Of a stretch of DNA of 64,000 nucleotides, positions 13,521 to 26,645 are shown one piece after another. The translations under genes were made by a program, and so were the position numbers. Numbering within the stretch: position 1 is the stretch's first letter; every line of letters starts with the position of its first letter. Origin of the DNA: Eledone cirrhosa. Its lineage: Eukaryota. The DNA lies in the NCBI GenBank assembly GCA_964016885.1, contig OZ024743.1, positions 363,754,001-363,818,000 of the forward strand, read 5' to 3'. The notes under the pieces are model-generated. The model saw nothing but the letters and a program-made list of their open reading frames with translations. It was not told where the DNA came from and searched no databases.

Positions 13521-13922
13521 GGTGGCTGCCAACTCGTTTTCGAGTACGGCCACTACTTTATATCCATGTAGGAGAACCCCTACCGATGCGCTGAACGAGT
13601 GTGACTTTTTAGTCCAGCCAGCGACTTGAAAACTCTGGTACAAACACTACACTTGTGACAATTATTGACACATAGTGCTGGGCCCTTGGTACCATGTGAC
13701 GACAACTGCAGAGAGATCTCCAGATATAAGGCAATGCCTGAGCCGTGAAGCTTTTATAGTGAGCAAAGGCACTGCACAAAGCCAGTCCCACTCTCTTAAC
13801 CAAGATGATATTTACCAAAAAGAAGAACAAGTCAACTTCATTGGATACCATCAGGGTTGCAGGTGTTATATCAGAGTTTTCCTTCTCCTAGAATTCTGCC
13901 TTGACAAAGGCTAAGGGGTCAA
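13521..13922 (-). mobile_element. Short internally deleted RTE-type element (5'UTR fused to 3' end)
   Basis: RTE 5'UTR-like motif GGAGAAGGAAAACTCTGA (13871-13888); C-terminal C2H2 finger CSVCTRVFKSLAGLKSHTRSAHR* (13580-13651); (ATGT)n on both sides. Confidence 0.7.
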
Positions 13923-14048
13923 ACATACATACATACATACATACATACATACATACATACATACATACATACATACATACATACATACATACATACATAC
14001 ATACATACATACATACATACATACATACATACATACATACATACATAC
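13923..14048. repeat. (ACAT)n microsatellite
   Basis: Directly visible. Confidence 0.97.
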
Positions 14049-14049
14049 A

Positions 14050-17000
14050 CAACGTCAACAACAACATTAAGGAAGTACCGAAGAAAAACAACGAGAAAGG
14101 TAAACAAAATTTATTCAGTTGTAGCTACAGAAGAAACCGAAATTATAAATCGCATTTCTCTTGGAGTTGCGGACTTAATGATGATTTATTTAATTGTTAT
14201 AAAATGGCAAAAAACAATCCCTCCAATGGCTATATGAACAGAATGAAGCTACACTGGGACGAAATTCACCCAGAGCTAAATCACTTCACAGCGAAACAAT
14301 TACGCCAATAAGCGACGTTTGCTGAACTTAAAAATAAGATAAATATTATTAATTGTAAGTCCCCCACAACAAACATGGGATCAACAACACGTGCTACAGG
14401 TCGCCATGCTACTAGACTTCCTAGCAGCCAGGTCGAACTGTGCCTTGAAACAACTATGCTTGTAAGAAACTTGACACCACGTGTACCATCTAAGTCTACC
14501 TTGGATGCTGGGAAAAACACTATCGATAATAATAATATTCGAAGAAATAATAATAATATTCGAAGAAATTTGACACCACGTGTACCATCCGAGTCTACAT
14601 CGACTATTGTGGAAAATACTATCGATAATGATAATAATCAAAAGTATAAACAATTGAAAATTTCCCTCATCGAAATCTTCCAGGGAGAAATTAATTCATG
14701 TATAAATATCTCTCTTGTTGACAGTATTAAAACGACAATGTTTAATAAAAAAACAAATAATGAAATATTACGTGTTATTGACGAAATAGGGGATGAATAT
14801 TTACGACGGATAAAACCCCAACATTTTGGCAAATCAACACCTGTTGATATGCCTTAGCATTATCTTGGTGATAGCAGAGATATTAACAAGAACAAAACAC
14901 CACCAAAAATAACATCATATATAACTAAAATAGAAAAAAAAGATTGCTGATCTACGAAAAACCATAGGACATGTGACAATGCTCCTTACTTGCAACCAAA
15001 CATAAAAATATCCTCACTCCTCACCAACAAAGAGTGAAAAATAAAATAGAGACGATGTTTGGTAACAGTAGAACCAGAATTTTTGAATATAAGTTGATCA
15101 CCCTCAAACAGGAATTGAGAGCTGTTAGCGAAAAACGCCGATACCTGAAGGTAGATAAAAGAGAGGTGCTTAATAAAATATTCAGACGAAACCAAACATC
15201 AGTTTATAGAGATATGAAGGGCAAAATAATAAGTGTCACTGAGGCCCCATCCGGGAAAGACATAGATTCCTTTTGGAGCAAAATATGGGGTTAAAAGAAG
15301 AATTTCAACCAAGATGCAATGTGGCTAAAAGAAATCCGAAAGAACTATTGCTCCTACACTACAACAAAAACATACGAAATAAGTGAGGGTACCCTTGAGA
15401 CTGTGATAGGAAAACTCCAAGAAAAGAAAATACCAGGAAGAGACATGATTGTCGGCTACTGGTACAAAAAACTGATATTCTATCGGAGGTATCTTACTGA
15501 CCTCTACCAACAAGTTCTTAAGGGAGATACACTTATACCAGAATGGTTGACATTAGCACAAACATTACTGGTCCCAGGAACAAAGACACCCACTTGGCAA
15601 AAAACAACCGACCCATTGCATGCCAGAACCTGATGTATAAGATGTATACAGCCTGCCTGAACCTATTCCTCCAAGATTACTGTGAAAATAATAACATCAT
15701 CACAGATGAACAAGCAGCTGGAAAGAAAGCGGTTTTGGGATGTGATGAACAACTCCTAATCAACAAAACTGCGATGTCGGAGGTGCGACAACTTAGGAGG
15801 AATATGGCTACAATCTGGCTGGACTACAGGAAAGCTTTCAATTCTGTTCCCCACTCTTGGATGATAGAGGCCCTCCAACTTGCTAAATTTCCAGACATTA
15901 TTGTCAGAGCCATAGAGAAGCTGTCTTCTTCTTGGGCTACTATCCTAAGGTTAAAGACAGAGAAGGAGGACTCTATTTTCACTGATAAAATAAAATATCA
16001 CAGGGAGACAGGCTCACTGTGATATTATTCATCCTGTCATTAAACCCCTTGTCCTTTCTGCTCAAGAAATGTGAAGGATACATCATTGGCTCACAGGACA
16101 GAAATACGAACCTAACCCATAATTTCTTTGTGGATGATCTGAAACTCTATGCCAAGAACATGGATGGGATGAAGAAAAATCTTGACTTGGTTACAACGTT
16201 CTCAAAGGATATAGGAATGGAGTTTGGCCAAGATAAATGCTCATATATGACCTGTAAAGCGGGGAAAAACAACAACCCTATCTAGCAACATTGTCATCAA
16301 TGGCCTAAGTGTTTCACCGATATCTGATGAGGACTGCTACAGATACCTGGGGATAGATGAGAACATATCCTATAATGGTATCTGTAATAAGGAACGCGTA
16401 ACCAGGGAATACTACACCCGATTAAGAAAGATTTAATCATCTGAACTCTCTGCGCAAAACAAAACAGTGGCTCACAATGTGTTTGCTGTGCCTGTCCTAA
16501 CACCAACGTTTGGAATACTCAATTGGACGATAGATGAAATCCGAGCAGTTGATGTTAAAACTCGAAAAATACTAAACAACAACGGAAACTTCCACATCAA
16601 CGGTGACATAGACCGCCTTTACTTGAAACGTAAGGAGGGAAGCAGAGGCCTAACATCAGTCCAGACAGACTTTGAATGTCGCATCATATCCCTCCGACAA
16701 CATCTACGAATCTCGAAGCGTAGGAGCCCGTCTCTTGAGCAAGTCTATCTGCATGAAACACATAAGATCATGAGAGTTGGGAAAGAACTCCTCGAGAGAT
16801 ATTCCCTGTATGATAATCAAAAACTCACACCCAGGGAAGTCGATCAGCACTATCGCAGTGAATCCATGGATGAAAAACTGCATGCTTATCAGCAAAAAAT
16901 CATGGATATGTTGCCAGGAAGCTCCAGAGTGAGTGTAATATAGATAAGGAAAGTAGTCTATCTTGGACCAACAACCGCTATATTGGCTCCCATTTTGAAG

Positions 17001-17460
17001 GATACACTTTTGCAATCCAAGAACAGGAAATTAACACGAAATACCTGATTCACAAAAGAGATAGGGATGCAGGCAAAACACCTAGATGTGATAACAAGTG
17101 CAGACTCTGCAGAATTAACATCGAAGATGTCACCCATGTCATCAGCAGCTGTCCAAAGATGTCATCGCAGTACTATCTACCTATGAGGCATGATGTAGTG
17201 GCCAAAACACTGTACAACGCAATCCGTAGAAAAGATAGCTCCGATAATAAACACATTAAAAGCTACAGCAATGTGGAAGACATCCATATACATAATATGA
17301 AAGAGTATTGGTGGAATGTTCCAGTAAAAATCCGAATAAAATGCAGGCATAACAGACCAGATATTATGATATGGGACAGGGAGAAGAAAGCATACACAGT
17401 AGTGGAAATTAGCTGCCCAGCAGATGCCAATATAATATCAAGGATAAGATTTGTCTGAAC
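14050..17460 (+). mobile_element. R4/Dong-clade non-LTR retrotransposon (RT + CCHC + restriction-like endonuclease), pseudogenised, 3' truncated
   Basis: PGRDMI..WYK, RPIACQN, DYRKAFNSVPH, HNFFVDDLKLY, YLGI, LYLKRKEGSRGL, CRLC..H..SSC, RHD, and RLE motif NRPDI...VEISCP across frameshifted ORFs 15319-17458. Confidence 0.88.
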
Positions 17461-17974
17461 AAAAGACGAGATGATCACGACTGCAATACCTTTGATCATA
17501 GGACTGTTTAAATAAAGCTGATCTGAGACTAAGCAACAACAATAACAACTGTCACAAGAATAATAACGACAGAAACAACAACCACAACAACAACAGCTGC
17601 AATATCAATTACAACAGCAACTGGCGTAACAAGAGTAGCAAAAGCAACAACAACAGCAGCATTAACAGAAACAGCAGCAGTTCAGGGGTGATGCAGAGGT
17701 AGATAGATAGTTAGTAGTAGTGTTGGTGGTAGTGATGTTGGTGGTGTTATTGGTGGTGATGATAGTGGTGGTGGTGGTAATGGTGGTGGTGGTGTTATTT
17801 GTGGTTATGCTGATATTAGTAATGGTGATGATGGTAATTGTTGTTGTTGTTTTTGTTTAGCCCCAGGTAAACCCTGATCAACGAAATCTATGGTGAAAAA
17901 CATTCCAGTCATGATAATTCCGTTCATTTTTTTTTCCAGACGCAATGTACTCTATACTACGTGCATACAAGCAT

Positions 17975-18130
17975 GGTTGAGATGTTAAGAAGTTCGCATC
18001 GCAGTCATGAGATCCTTGTTTCGATCAACTACGTAGCTTTTGGGTAGAAGTCGTTAGCATAGCTTCGGATCGACCGTAGTATTTTTAGTGAAACCGTATG
18101 GGGACCTGTTGGATGGATTGTGCATGGAAT
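17975..18130 (+). mobile_element. Old tRNA-derived SINE (family B, resembling octopus OR2/CORE type), degenerate
   Basis: GTTAAGAAGTTCGC head and degenerate B box; similar to 26505-26645. Confidence 0.5.
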
Positions 18131-18721
18131 CCAAAGATCGGACATTAACACATACAGTGTTCCGCTCATTCGGCTTTTGAATTACGTTGAGAGCACATAC
18201 GTTTGTAGAATAATCAGTCATTTACACGTTAATTCACGAGCATCTATTTGATCAAAAACAGGGTGTTCATCGTCGAAATCGATGGTGAATCTATCATCCT
18301 ATACTATTTTAACGAATGAGTCCTTTTTTAAATGAGTCCTTTTTTTAAAAAAGACGGTAGGATAGGATTTGACTGCTAGTTGTAGCAGGTCGAGCGACCA
18401 AGTAAAGGCGCTCCTATGTAAGATATAGTGTGATATAGTTTAAGAAATAGCAAGCTGTCTTCAGTGTTGGTTGGTCCTGCTGTGATTGTGTGTGATATGT
18501 ATTGATTGATCACTCTTCACCAGTAGACCCAGTGAGTGAGAGAGAGGAGCAGAGGCACAAGCAAAAGGAGAGGGATATAGAGAGAGCGAGAGAGGCGAAC
18601 AGATGCAGACAAAAAGAAAGATAAATACAGATAAGAGAGAGAAAATCAGACATTGGCAAGGAGAAAGGGAGGATGTAAGCAAATAAATAGACATACTTGA
18701 TGACCGTCATTATCTCGACTA

Positions 18722-18918
18722 GTGGCGGGTGGTGGATTGGCAGTATCGGCAGAGGGTCGGACGCCATGCTTTGAAGCATTGAGTTACGGCCCTTGCCATT
18801 CTGAGTTCAAATCCCGCCGAGGTTAACTTTGCCTTTCATCCTTACGAGGTCGATAAAATAAAGTACCAGTAATGCACTGGTTAATTGCTGGTCTTGTGCC
18901 TAAAGTAGAAACAATTAT
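18722..18918 (+). mobile_element. tRNA-derived SINE (family A) with 13-bp TSD
   Basis: A/B boxes; TSD ATTATCTCGACTA at 18709-18721 and 18914-18926. Confidence 0.95.
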
Positions 18919-19390
18919 CTCGACTATTTTATGATCAAAACCATCATGATGATGATCATTATCATCATCAGCTTCACCATCATCAGCTTCACCATCATCA
19001 GCAGCATCATCATCATCATCATCATCATCAGGATCAGCATCATCATCATCATTATTATTATCGTCATTGTAGACTTAATCCGCCGCCTGGTTTAACACAA
19101 ACATCTGGCCCTTAGGTGCCTTTAGTGAAGTCCCAATTATTCGGACCAGGTCTCTGGTTTGAAATTATTTTCCTCCGACCAACCTTGAAAAGGGTCACTG
19201 AGCAGTGCTATTCCCTCCCTGTCTAATCATTAAAAAGAAACAAAACATTAATCACTCTAATCATCACCATCAATATCATCACCATCATCATCATCATCAT
19301 CAGGATCTTCATCATTATTACCATCATCATTGCCGCTATCATGATCATCATTTCGCCCACTTCACCATCACCACCTGCCTCCTACTCCTA

Positions 19391-19753
19391 CCCTAGAGTC
19401 TCAAAGAATAGGTGGGGGGGGAGTAAGCAGGGAGTGGAATAAACAAACGGGGGAGATGGAATAAGCGAGGGAGTTGGGAAGTCGGTAATTTTTTAATGTT
19501 GTCTCCGTTGATTTCTTTTTTAAAAACTAGAATTTGTCGTTTAGTTTACAAATTGTGACCCCAGCCCATTCTATTTATTTTATAACGTATGGGATTTCTA
19601 GTAATGTTTGTTAATGTATAAAAAAAATTAATTGTCGCATGAATGCTACCACTTAAGATAAAATTTCGCCGGAAATAAGAGCAGGGGTGGGTGGGAAAAT
19701 CTGAATAATTAATAAGCGCGGGGGGGGGGGCGTGATTATTCGAGACTCTAGAG
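19391..19753. mobile_element. MITE, probably Tc1/mariner superfamily
   Basis: Imperfect ~19-bp TIRs CCCTAGAGTCTCAAAGAAT / ATTATTCGAGACTCTAGAG, with TA on both sides (19389-19390, 19754-19755). Confidence 0.72.
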
Positions 19754-19757
19754 TACT

Positions 19758-22700
19758 TATCATCACCCCCGTCATTATCATCACCCCCGTCATTATCATC
19801 ACCCCCGTCATTATCATCATCTCCGTCATTATCATCACCCCCGTCATTATCATCACCCCCGTCATTATCATCACCCCCGTCATTATCATCACCCCGGTCA
19901 TTATCATCATCTCCGTCATTATCATCATCTCCGTCATTATCATCATCTCCGTCATTATCATCACCCCCGTCATTATCATCACCCCCGTCATTAACATCAC
20001 CCCCGTCATTATCATCATCTCCGTCATTATCATCACCCCCGTCATTATCATCACCCCCGTCATTATCATCACCCCCGTCATTATCATCACCCCCGTCATT
20101 ATCATCACCCCCGTCATTATCATCATCTCCGTCATTATCATCACCCCCGTCATTATCATCACCCCCGTCATTATCATCACCCCCGTCATTATCATCATCT
20201 CCGTCATTATCATCACCCCCGTCATTATCATCATCTCCGTCATTATCATCACCCCCGTCATTATCATCACCCCCGTCATTATCATCACCCCCGTCATTAT
20301 CATCACCCCCGTCATTATCATCATCTCCGTCATTATCATCACCCCCGTCATTATCATCACCCCCGTCATTATCATCATCTCCGTCATTATCATCACCCCC
20401 GTCATTATCATCACCCCCGTCATTATCATCACCCCCGTCATTATCATCATCTCCGTCATTATCATCACCCCCGTCATTATCATCATCTCCGTCATTATCA
20501 TCACCCCCGTCATTATCATCATCTCCGTCATTATCATCACCTCCGTCATTATCATCACCCCCGTCATTATCATCATCTCCGTCATTATCATCACCCCCGT
20601 CATTATCATCACCCCCGTCATTATCATCACCCCCGTCATTATCATCACCCCCGTCATTATCATCATCTCCGTCATTATCATCATCTCCGTCATTATCATC
20701 ACCCCCGTCATTGTCATCATCTCCGTCATTATCATCATCTCCGTCATTATCATCACCCCCGTCATTATCATCACCCCCGTCATTATCATCACCCCCGTCA
20801 TTATCATCATCTCCGTCATTATCATCACCTCCGTCATTATCATCACCCCCGTCATTATCATCATCTCCGTCATTATCATCACCCCCGTCATTATCATCAT
20901 CTCCGTCATTATCATCACCCCCGTCATTATCATCATCTCCGTCATTATCATCACCCCCGTCATTATCATCACCCCCGTCATTATCATCACCCCCGTCATT
21001 ATCATCACCCCCGTCATTATCATCATCTCCGTCATTATCATCACCCCCGTCATTATCATCACCCCCGTCATTATCATCACCCCCGTCATTATCATCACCC
21101 CCGTCATTATCATCATCTCCGTCATTATCATCACCCCCGTCATTATCATCATCTCCGTCATTATCATCACCCCCGTCATTATCATCATCTCCGTCATTAT
21201 CATCACCCCCGTCATTATCATCATCTCCGTCATTATCATCACCCCCGTCATTATCATCACCCCCGTCATTATCATCACCCCCGTCATTATCATCATCTCC
21301 GTCATTATCATCACCCCCGTCATTATCATCATCTCCGTCATTATCATCACCCCCGTCATTATCATCACCCCCGTCATTATCATCACCCCCGTCATTATCA
21401 TCACCCCCGTCATTATCATCATCTCCGTCATTATCATCACCCCCGTCATTATCATCATCTCCGTCATTATCATCACCCCCGTCATTATCATCATCTCCGT
21501 CATTATCATCACCCCCGTCATTATCATCATCTCCGTCATTATCATCACCCCCGTCATTATCATCATATCCGTCATTATCATCACCCCCGTCATTATCATC
21601 ACCCCCGTCATTATCATCACCCCCGTCATTATCATCACCCCCGTCATTATCATCATCTCCGTCATTATCATCACCCCCGTCATTATCATCATGTCCGTCA
21701 TTATCATCACCTCCGTCATTATCATCACCCCCGTCATTATCATCATCTCCGTCATTATCATCACCCCCGTCATTATCATCACCCCCGTCATTATCATCAT
21801 CTCCGTCATTATCATCAACCCCGTCATTATCATCATCTCCGTCATTATCATCACCTCCGTCATTATCATCACCCCCGTCATTATCATCATCTCCGTCATT
21901 ATCATCACCCCCGTCATTATCATCACCCCCGTCATTATCATCACCCCCGTCATTATCATCACCCCCGTCATTATCATCATCTCCGTCATTATCATCACCC
22001 CCGTCATTATCATCACCCCCGTCATTATCATCACCCCCGTCATTATCATCACCCCCGTCATTATCATCACCCCCGTCATTATCATCATCTCCGTCATTAT
22101 CATCACCCCCGTCATTATCATCACCCCCGTCATTATCATCACCTCCGTCATTATCATCACCCCCGTCATTATCATCACCCCCGTCATTATCATCATCTCC
22201 GTCATTATCATCACCCCCGTCATTATCATCACCTCCGTCATTATCATCACCCCCGTCATTATCATCACCCCCGTCATTATCATCATCTCCGTCATTATCA
22301 TCACCCCCGTCATTATCATCACCCCCGTCATTATCATCACCCCCGTCATTATCATCATCTCCGTCATTATCATCACCCCCGTCATTATCATCATCTCCGT
22401 CATTATCATCACCCCCGTCATTATCATCACCTCCGTCATTATCATCACCCCCGTCATTATCATCACCCCCGTCATTATCATCATCTCCGTCATTATCATC
22501 ACCCCCGTCATTATCATCACCCCCGTCATTATCATCATCTCCGTCATTATCATCACCCCCGTTATTATCATCACCTCCGTCATTATCATCATCTCCGTCA
22601 TTATCATCACCCCCGTCATTATCATCACCCCCGTCATTATCATCACCCCCGTCATTATCATCATCTCCGTCATTATCATCACCTCCGTCATTATCATCAC

Positions 22701-23960
22701 CCCCGTCATTATCATCACCCCCGTCATTATCATCACCCCCGTCATTATCATCACCCCCGTCATTATCATCACCCCCGTCATTATCATCATCTCCGTCATT
22801 ATCATCACCCCCGTCATTATCATCATCTCCGTCATTATCATCACCCCCGTCATTATCATCACCTCCGTCATTATCATCACCCCCGTCATTATCATCACCC
22901 CCGTCATTATCATCATCTCCGTCATTATCATCACCCCCGTCATTATCATCACCCCCGTCATTATCATCACCCCCGTCATTATCATCACCCCCGTCATTAT
23001 CATCACCTCCGTCATTATCATCACCCCCGTCATTATCATCACCCCCGTCATTATCATCATCTCCGTCATTATCATCACCCCCGTCATTATCATCATCTCC
23101 GTCATTATCATCACCCCCGTCATTATCATCACCCCCGTCATTATCATCACCCCCGTCATTATCATCACCCCCGTCATTATCATCATCTCCGTCATTATCA
23201 TCACCCCCGTCATTATCATCATCTCCGTCATTATCATCACCCCCGTCATTATCATCACCCCCGTCATTATCATCATCTCCGTCATTATCATCACCCCCGT
23301 CATTATCATCACCCCCGTCATTATCATCACCCCCGTCATTATCATCATCTCCGTCATTATCATCATCTCCGTCATTATCATCACCCCCGTCATTATCATC
23401 ACCCCCGTCATTATCATCATCTCCGTCATTATCATCACCCCCGTCATTATCATCATCTCCGTCATTATCATCACCCCCGTCATTATCATCACCCCCGTCA
23501 TTATCATCATCTCCGTCATTATCATCATCTCCGTCATTATCATCACCCCCGTCATTATCATCACCTCCGTCATTATCATCACCCCCGTCATTATCATCAT
23601 CTCCGTCATTATCATCACCCCCGTCATTATCATCATCTCCGTCATTATCATCACCCCCGTCATTATCATCATCTCCGTCATTATCATCACCCCCGTCATT
23701 ATCATCATCTCCGTCATTATCATCACCCCCGTCATTATCATCACCCCCGTCATTATCATCACTCCCGTCATTATCATCACCCCCGTCATTATCATCATCT
23801 CCGTCATTATCATCACCCCCGTCATTATCATCACCCCCGTCATTATCATCACCTCCGTCATTATCATCACCCCCGTCATTATCATCACCCCCGTCATTAT
23901 CATCACCCCCGTCATTATCATCACCCCCGTCATTATCATCACCTCAGTCATTATCATCAT
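19758..23960. repeat. 18-bp minisatellite, ~230 units of GTCATTATCATCAYCYCC
   Basis: Three main unit types ending ACCCCC, ATCTCC or ACCTCC; explains the >1000-aa repetitive ORFs; decays into (ATC)n on the right. Confidence 0.98.
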
Positions 23961-24329
23961 GATCATTATAACTATCAGCATCATCATCTTCACCACCACC
24001 AATATCATCATCATTATCATTATTTCCACTTCTACCACCATCACCATCATGAACATCATCAAACTGAACTAATAAAGGATCCTCCAGGTGATCGGTCCAC
24101 TTGCTAAAATTAGTAGTTAAATCTCCTATAAATCCCACCCAATGTCTTAATAAAAGGAATGTAGTGTGATGGTCATGGCTGAAATTCCTTTGATTATATG
24201 TTTGTTTGTTCAAGGTTGACTTGAATCGATCGTTATACTAGAAATAGCAACCCAAACCTCTCAAATCTCACGCTATCATTTAAAAAAAACAAAGGAGATG
24301 TTGGATAATTTTGACGAACAAGAGTATTT

Positions 24330-25410
24330 GTGTTCAGATAAATAGTACTAAATCGAAACCATTTAATGTGGAAATCGGACTCCGCCAAGGGTGCGTACTG
24401 TCACCTCTCCTGGTCATTATTTACATGAACATGGCGGTGGATTGGCAGTATCGGTAGAAGGTCGGACGCCATGCTTTCCAGCATAGTTACGTCCCTTTAC
24501 GATCTGAGTTCAAATCCCGCCGAGGTTGACTTTGCCTTTCATCCTTACGGGGTCGATAAAATAAAGTACCAGTAATGCACTGGGTAATTGCTGGCCTTGT
24601 GCCTAAAGTAGAAACAATTATTTACATGAACAGGATTGACATGCGCAGCCGGGTTGGAAGTGGTATCACGACTGGCGAGTGTAAAATCAGTCGGCTGGAA
24701 TTTGCAGACGACATGGGGTTACTCAACTCAACAGAAGATGATCTTCGACTTGCACTTGATAGGTTTGATGCCAAGTGCTGCATGACTGGAATGAAAATCA
24801 GTGCTGCAAAAACTGAGACACTGGTCCTCTCAAGTAAGCTTGCGCAGTGCACGCTACATGTGATTGTAGTTCCACTGAACCAAGTAGATAAGTTCAATTA
24901 CCTCAGGGCCATGTTCACGTGTGATGGAAGGCAGGAGGCTGAATTAAGTGCAAGAATTGCAAAAGCTAGTGTTGTAATGCACCAGCTTCAGCATTCAGCA
25001 ATCAGAAGGGAGGTAGGCGTAAACACCACAAACGTTACCTTCAATTCGGTTTTCGTGCCAACCCTTACCTATGGTCAGTAATCTTGGGTAATGACCGAAA
25101 GAATATGATCGCGAATGCAAGCGGCCGAAATTAAGTCCCTCCGAAGGGTCTTTGGACTAACGTTACTCGATAAAGTGCGTAGCTCGGAGATGAGAGAGTC
25201 ACTCTAAGTAGAACTTCTCAGAATTGAGAGAGTACAGCTCCGATACTATGGGTATGTGGTTAGAATGTTTCAGGAAAGAATTACTGGATAGATTTTACGG
25301 GCGAAACCAGCAGGTAGGAGACCCAGGGGTAGATCCCGAGCAAGATGGTTGGATAACATTCCAGGTGCTTCTTTGGTCACGCTTGGGGATCCAGCCGGAT
25401 CAGTTGGAGA
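24330..25410 (+). mobile_element. RTE-clade LINE 3' RT fragment interrupted by a SINE
   Basis: GLRQGCVLSPLL | IIYMNRID...LEFADD...KTETLV...PTLTYG...YYGYVVRM...RPRGRSRARW. Confidence 0.85.
24432..24621 (+). mobile_element. tRNA-derived SINE (family A) with 16-bp TSD
   Basis: TSD ATTATTTACATGAACA at 24416-24431 and 24617-24632; splits the RTE RT frame. Confidence 0.96.
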
Positions 25411-25465
25411 CGGTTGCTTCTTTAGCAGCGAAGTATATAATAGTAATAGGTCCACTAGTGTCATA

Positions 25466-25528
25466 ATAATTGTTTCTACTTTTGGCACAAGGCCAGCAAT
25501 TAACCAATGCATTACTGGTACTTTATTC
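25466..25528 (-). mobile_element. 5'-truncated SINE (family A) with 16-bp TSD
   Basis: Only the 3' ~60 nt are present; TSD CTAGTGTCATAATAAT at 25455-25470 and 25528-25543. Confidence 0.9.
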
Positions 25529-26504
25529 TAGTGTCATAATAATGATGTCAACAGCAGAAATAAGAGATGAAATGTATGTTTATTTTGTTATAGCACAAAG
25601 TAATGTTTGTTAAATTGTATGGTTGAAGTTAACCATAAAAGGGTTACAAAAGGAATGTGGCATTGTGCCAGGCCCAAAGAAGGCCGACAGGCCAAAGTGC
25701 AAATCTCACCGTTACATATTTTTTGTGTTAATCCTTCAGCGTTCAAGCAGCAAGAGAGAGATTTCTCGAATCGACGCGGGAATTTTTCTCTCAGGGCGCG
25801 TAGAGATACATTCTCCTCCGCTGGCGGTCATTGGCTGGGCTGAGCCAAATAACGCACGGAGAATGTTATATGAGCCCGCGGAATGTAGGTCACTACACTT
25901 CTGACAGGACCCGTTGGAGAGAATAAGTGGCGAAGAAAAGAAGAGAGGATGGTGACGACTGGAATGCTTTTGTCCATACATCTGCTGGATCAATGTTGAC
26001 CTATTATCTTTACCTCCACCATCCTCACTACCACCATCACCACCATCACCACCACCATAGTTATCTTCACCCTCATCGTCACCACTACTATTAAAACAAC
26101 AAATATCATCATCGCTATCTCCACTGACATGCCACCATGTAACCTTGTATGAAGACCAATGAAGTAGTTAATGTCTAGCAGTATAATAGACAGAGCGCGT
26201 TTATTGTTTAAATTAAGATTTTTTTTTCCTTTCAAATGGCTTTGACAGTACTTTGAGCCATTTTCAGGGCCTTCAAAATTGGTTTGAAGGTGAGAAACCT
26301 AGTAAAACGTTTACAGTTATACATGGTCCAAGGCATGGTGTTAAGCAGAAAGGAATGAAAGGAATGTAGCCAATCGATTGGATCAAGGAAACTATGTTTC
26401 AATTGGTCTTTCCTTTACTGAACCTATCTGTCAGTTCTAACTCTTAATGTTAAACCAGGCGACGGATTAAATCTGCAGGAACAGGCATCCCGAATGGATT
26501 CCAA

Positions 26505-26645
26505 ACTGTATGTGTCTACCAAATTCCACTCACAAGGATTAGACCGACTTGAAGTTATGATAGAAGACACTCACTCAAAAGAGAACGTGAAGTAGGATCG
26601 AACCCAAAACATAGTTGCGTTGCGAACTTCTTAACCACACGGCCT
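26505..26645 (-). mobile_element. tRNA-derived SINE (family B, resembling octopus OR2/CORE type)
   Basis: Minus strand GGCCGTGTGGTTAAGAAGTTCGC...GGGTTCGATCC...GTGTCTTCTA...CCTTGTGAGTGGAATTTGGTAGAC. Confidence 0.7.

Noticed and set aside
18735-18820. Functional tRNA gene
   Set aside because: A/B boxes belong to a SINE head; no cloverleaf; followed by a SINE body, tail and TSD
19758-23960. CRISPR-like array
   Set aside because: Head-to-tail units with no unique spacers; eukaryotic context; no cas genes
19653-24072. ORFs of 1469, 1446 and 1083 aa as protein-coding genes
   Set aside because: They are translations of an 18-bp stop-free unit on both strands, with no unique domains
25680-25910. 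CpG-rich patch with ATTGG as a host promoter
   Set aside because: No associated exon or ORF is recognisable; it may be an unclassified repeat
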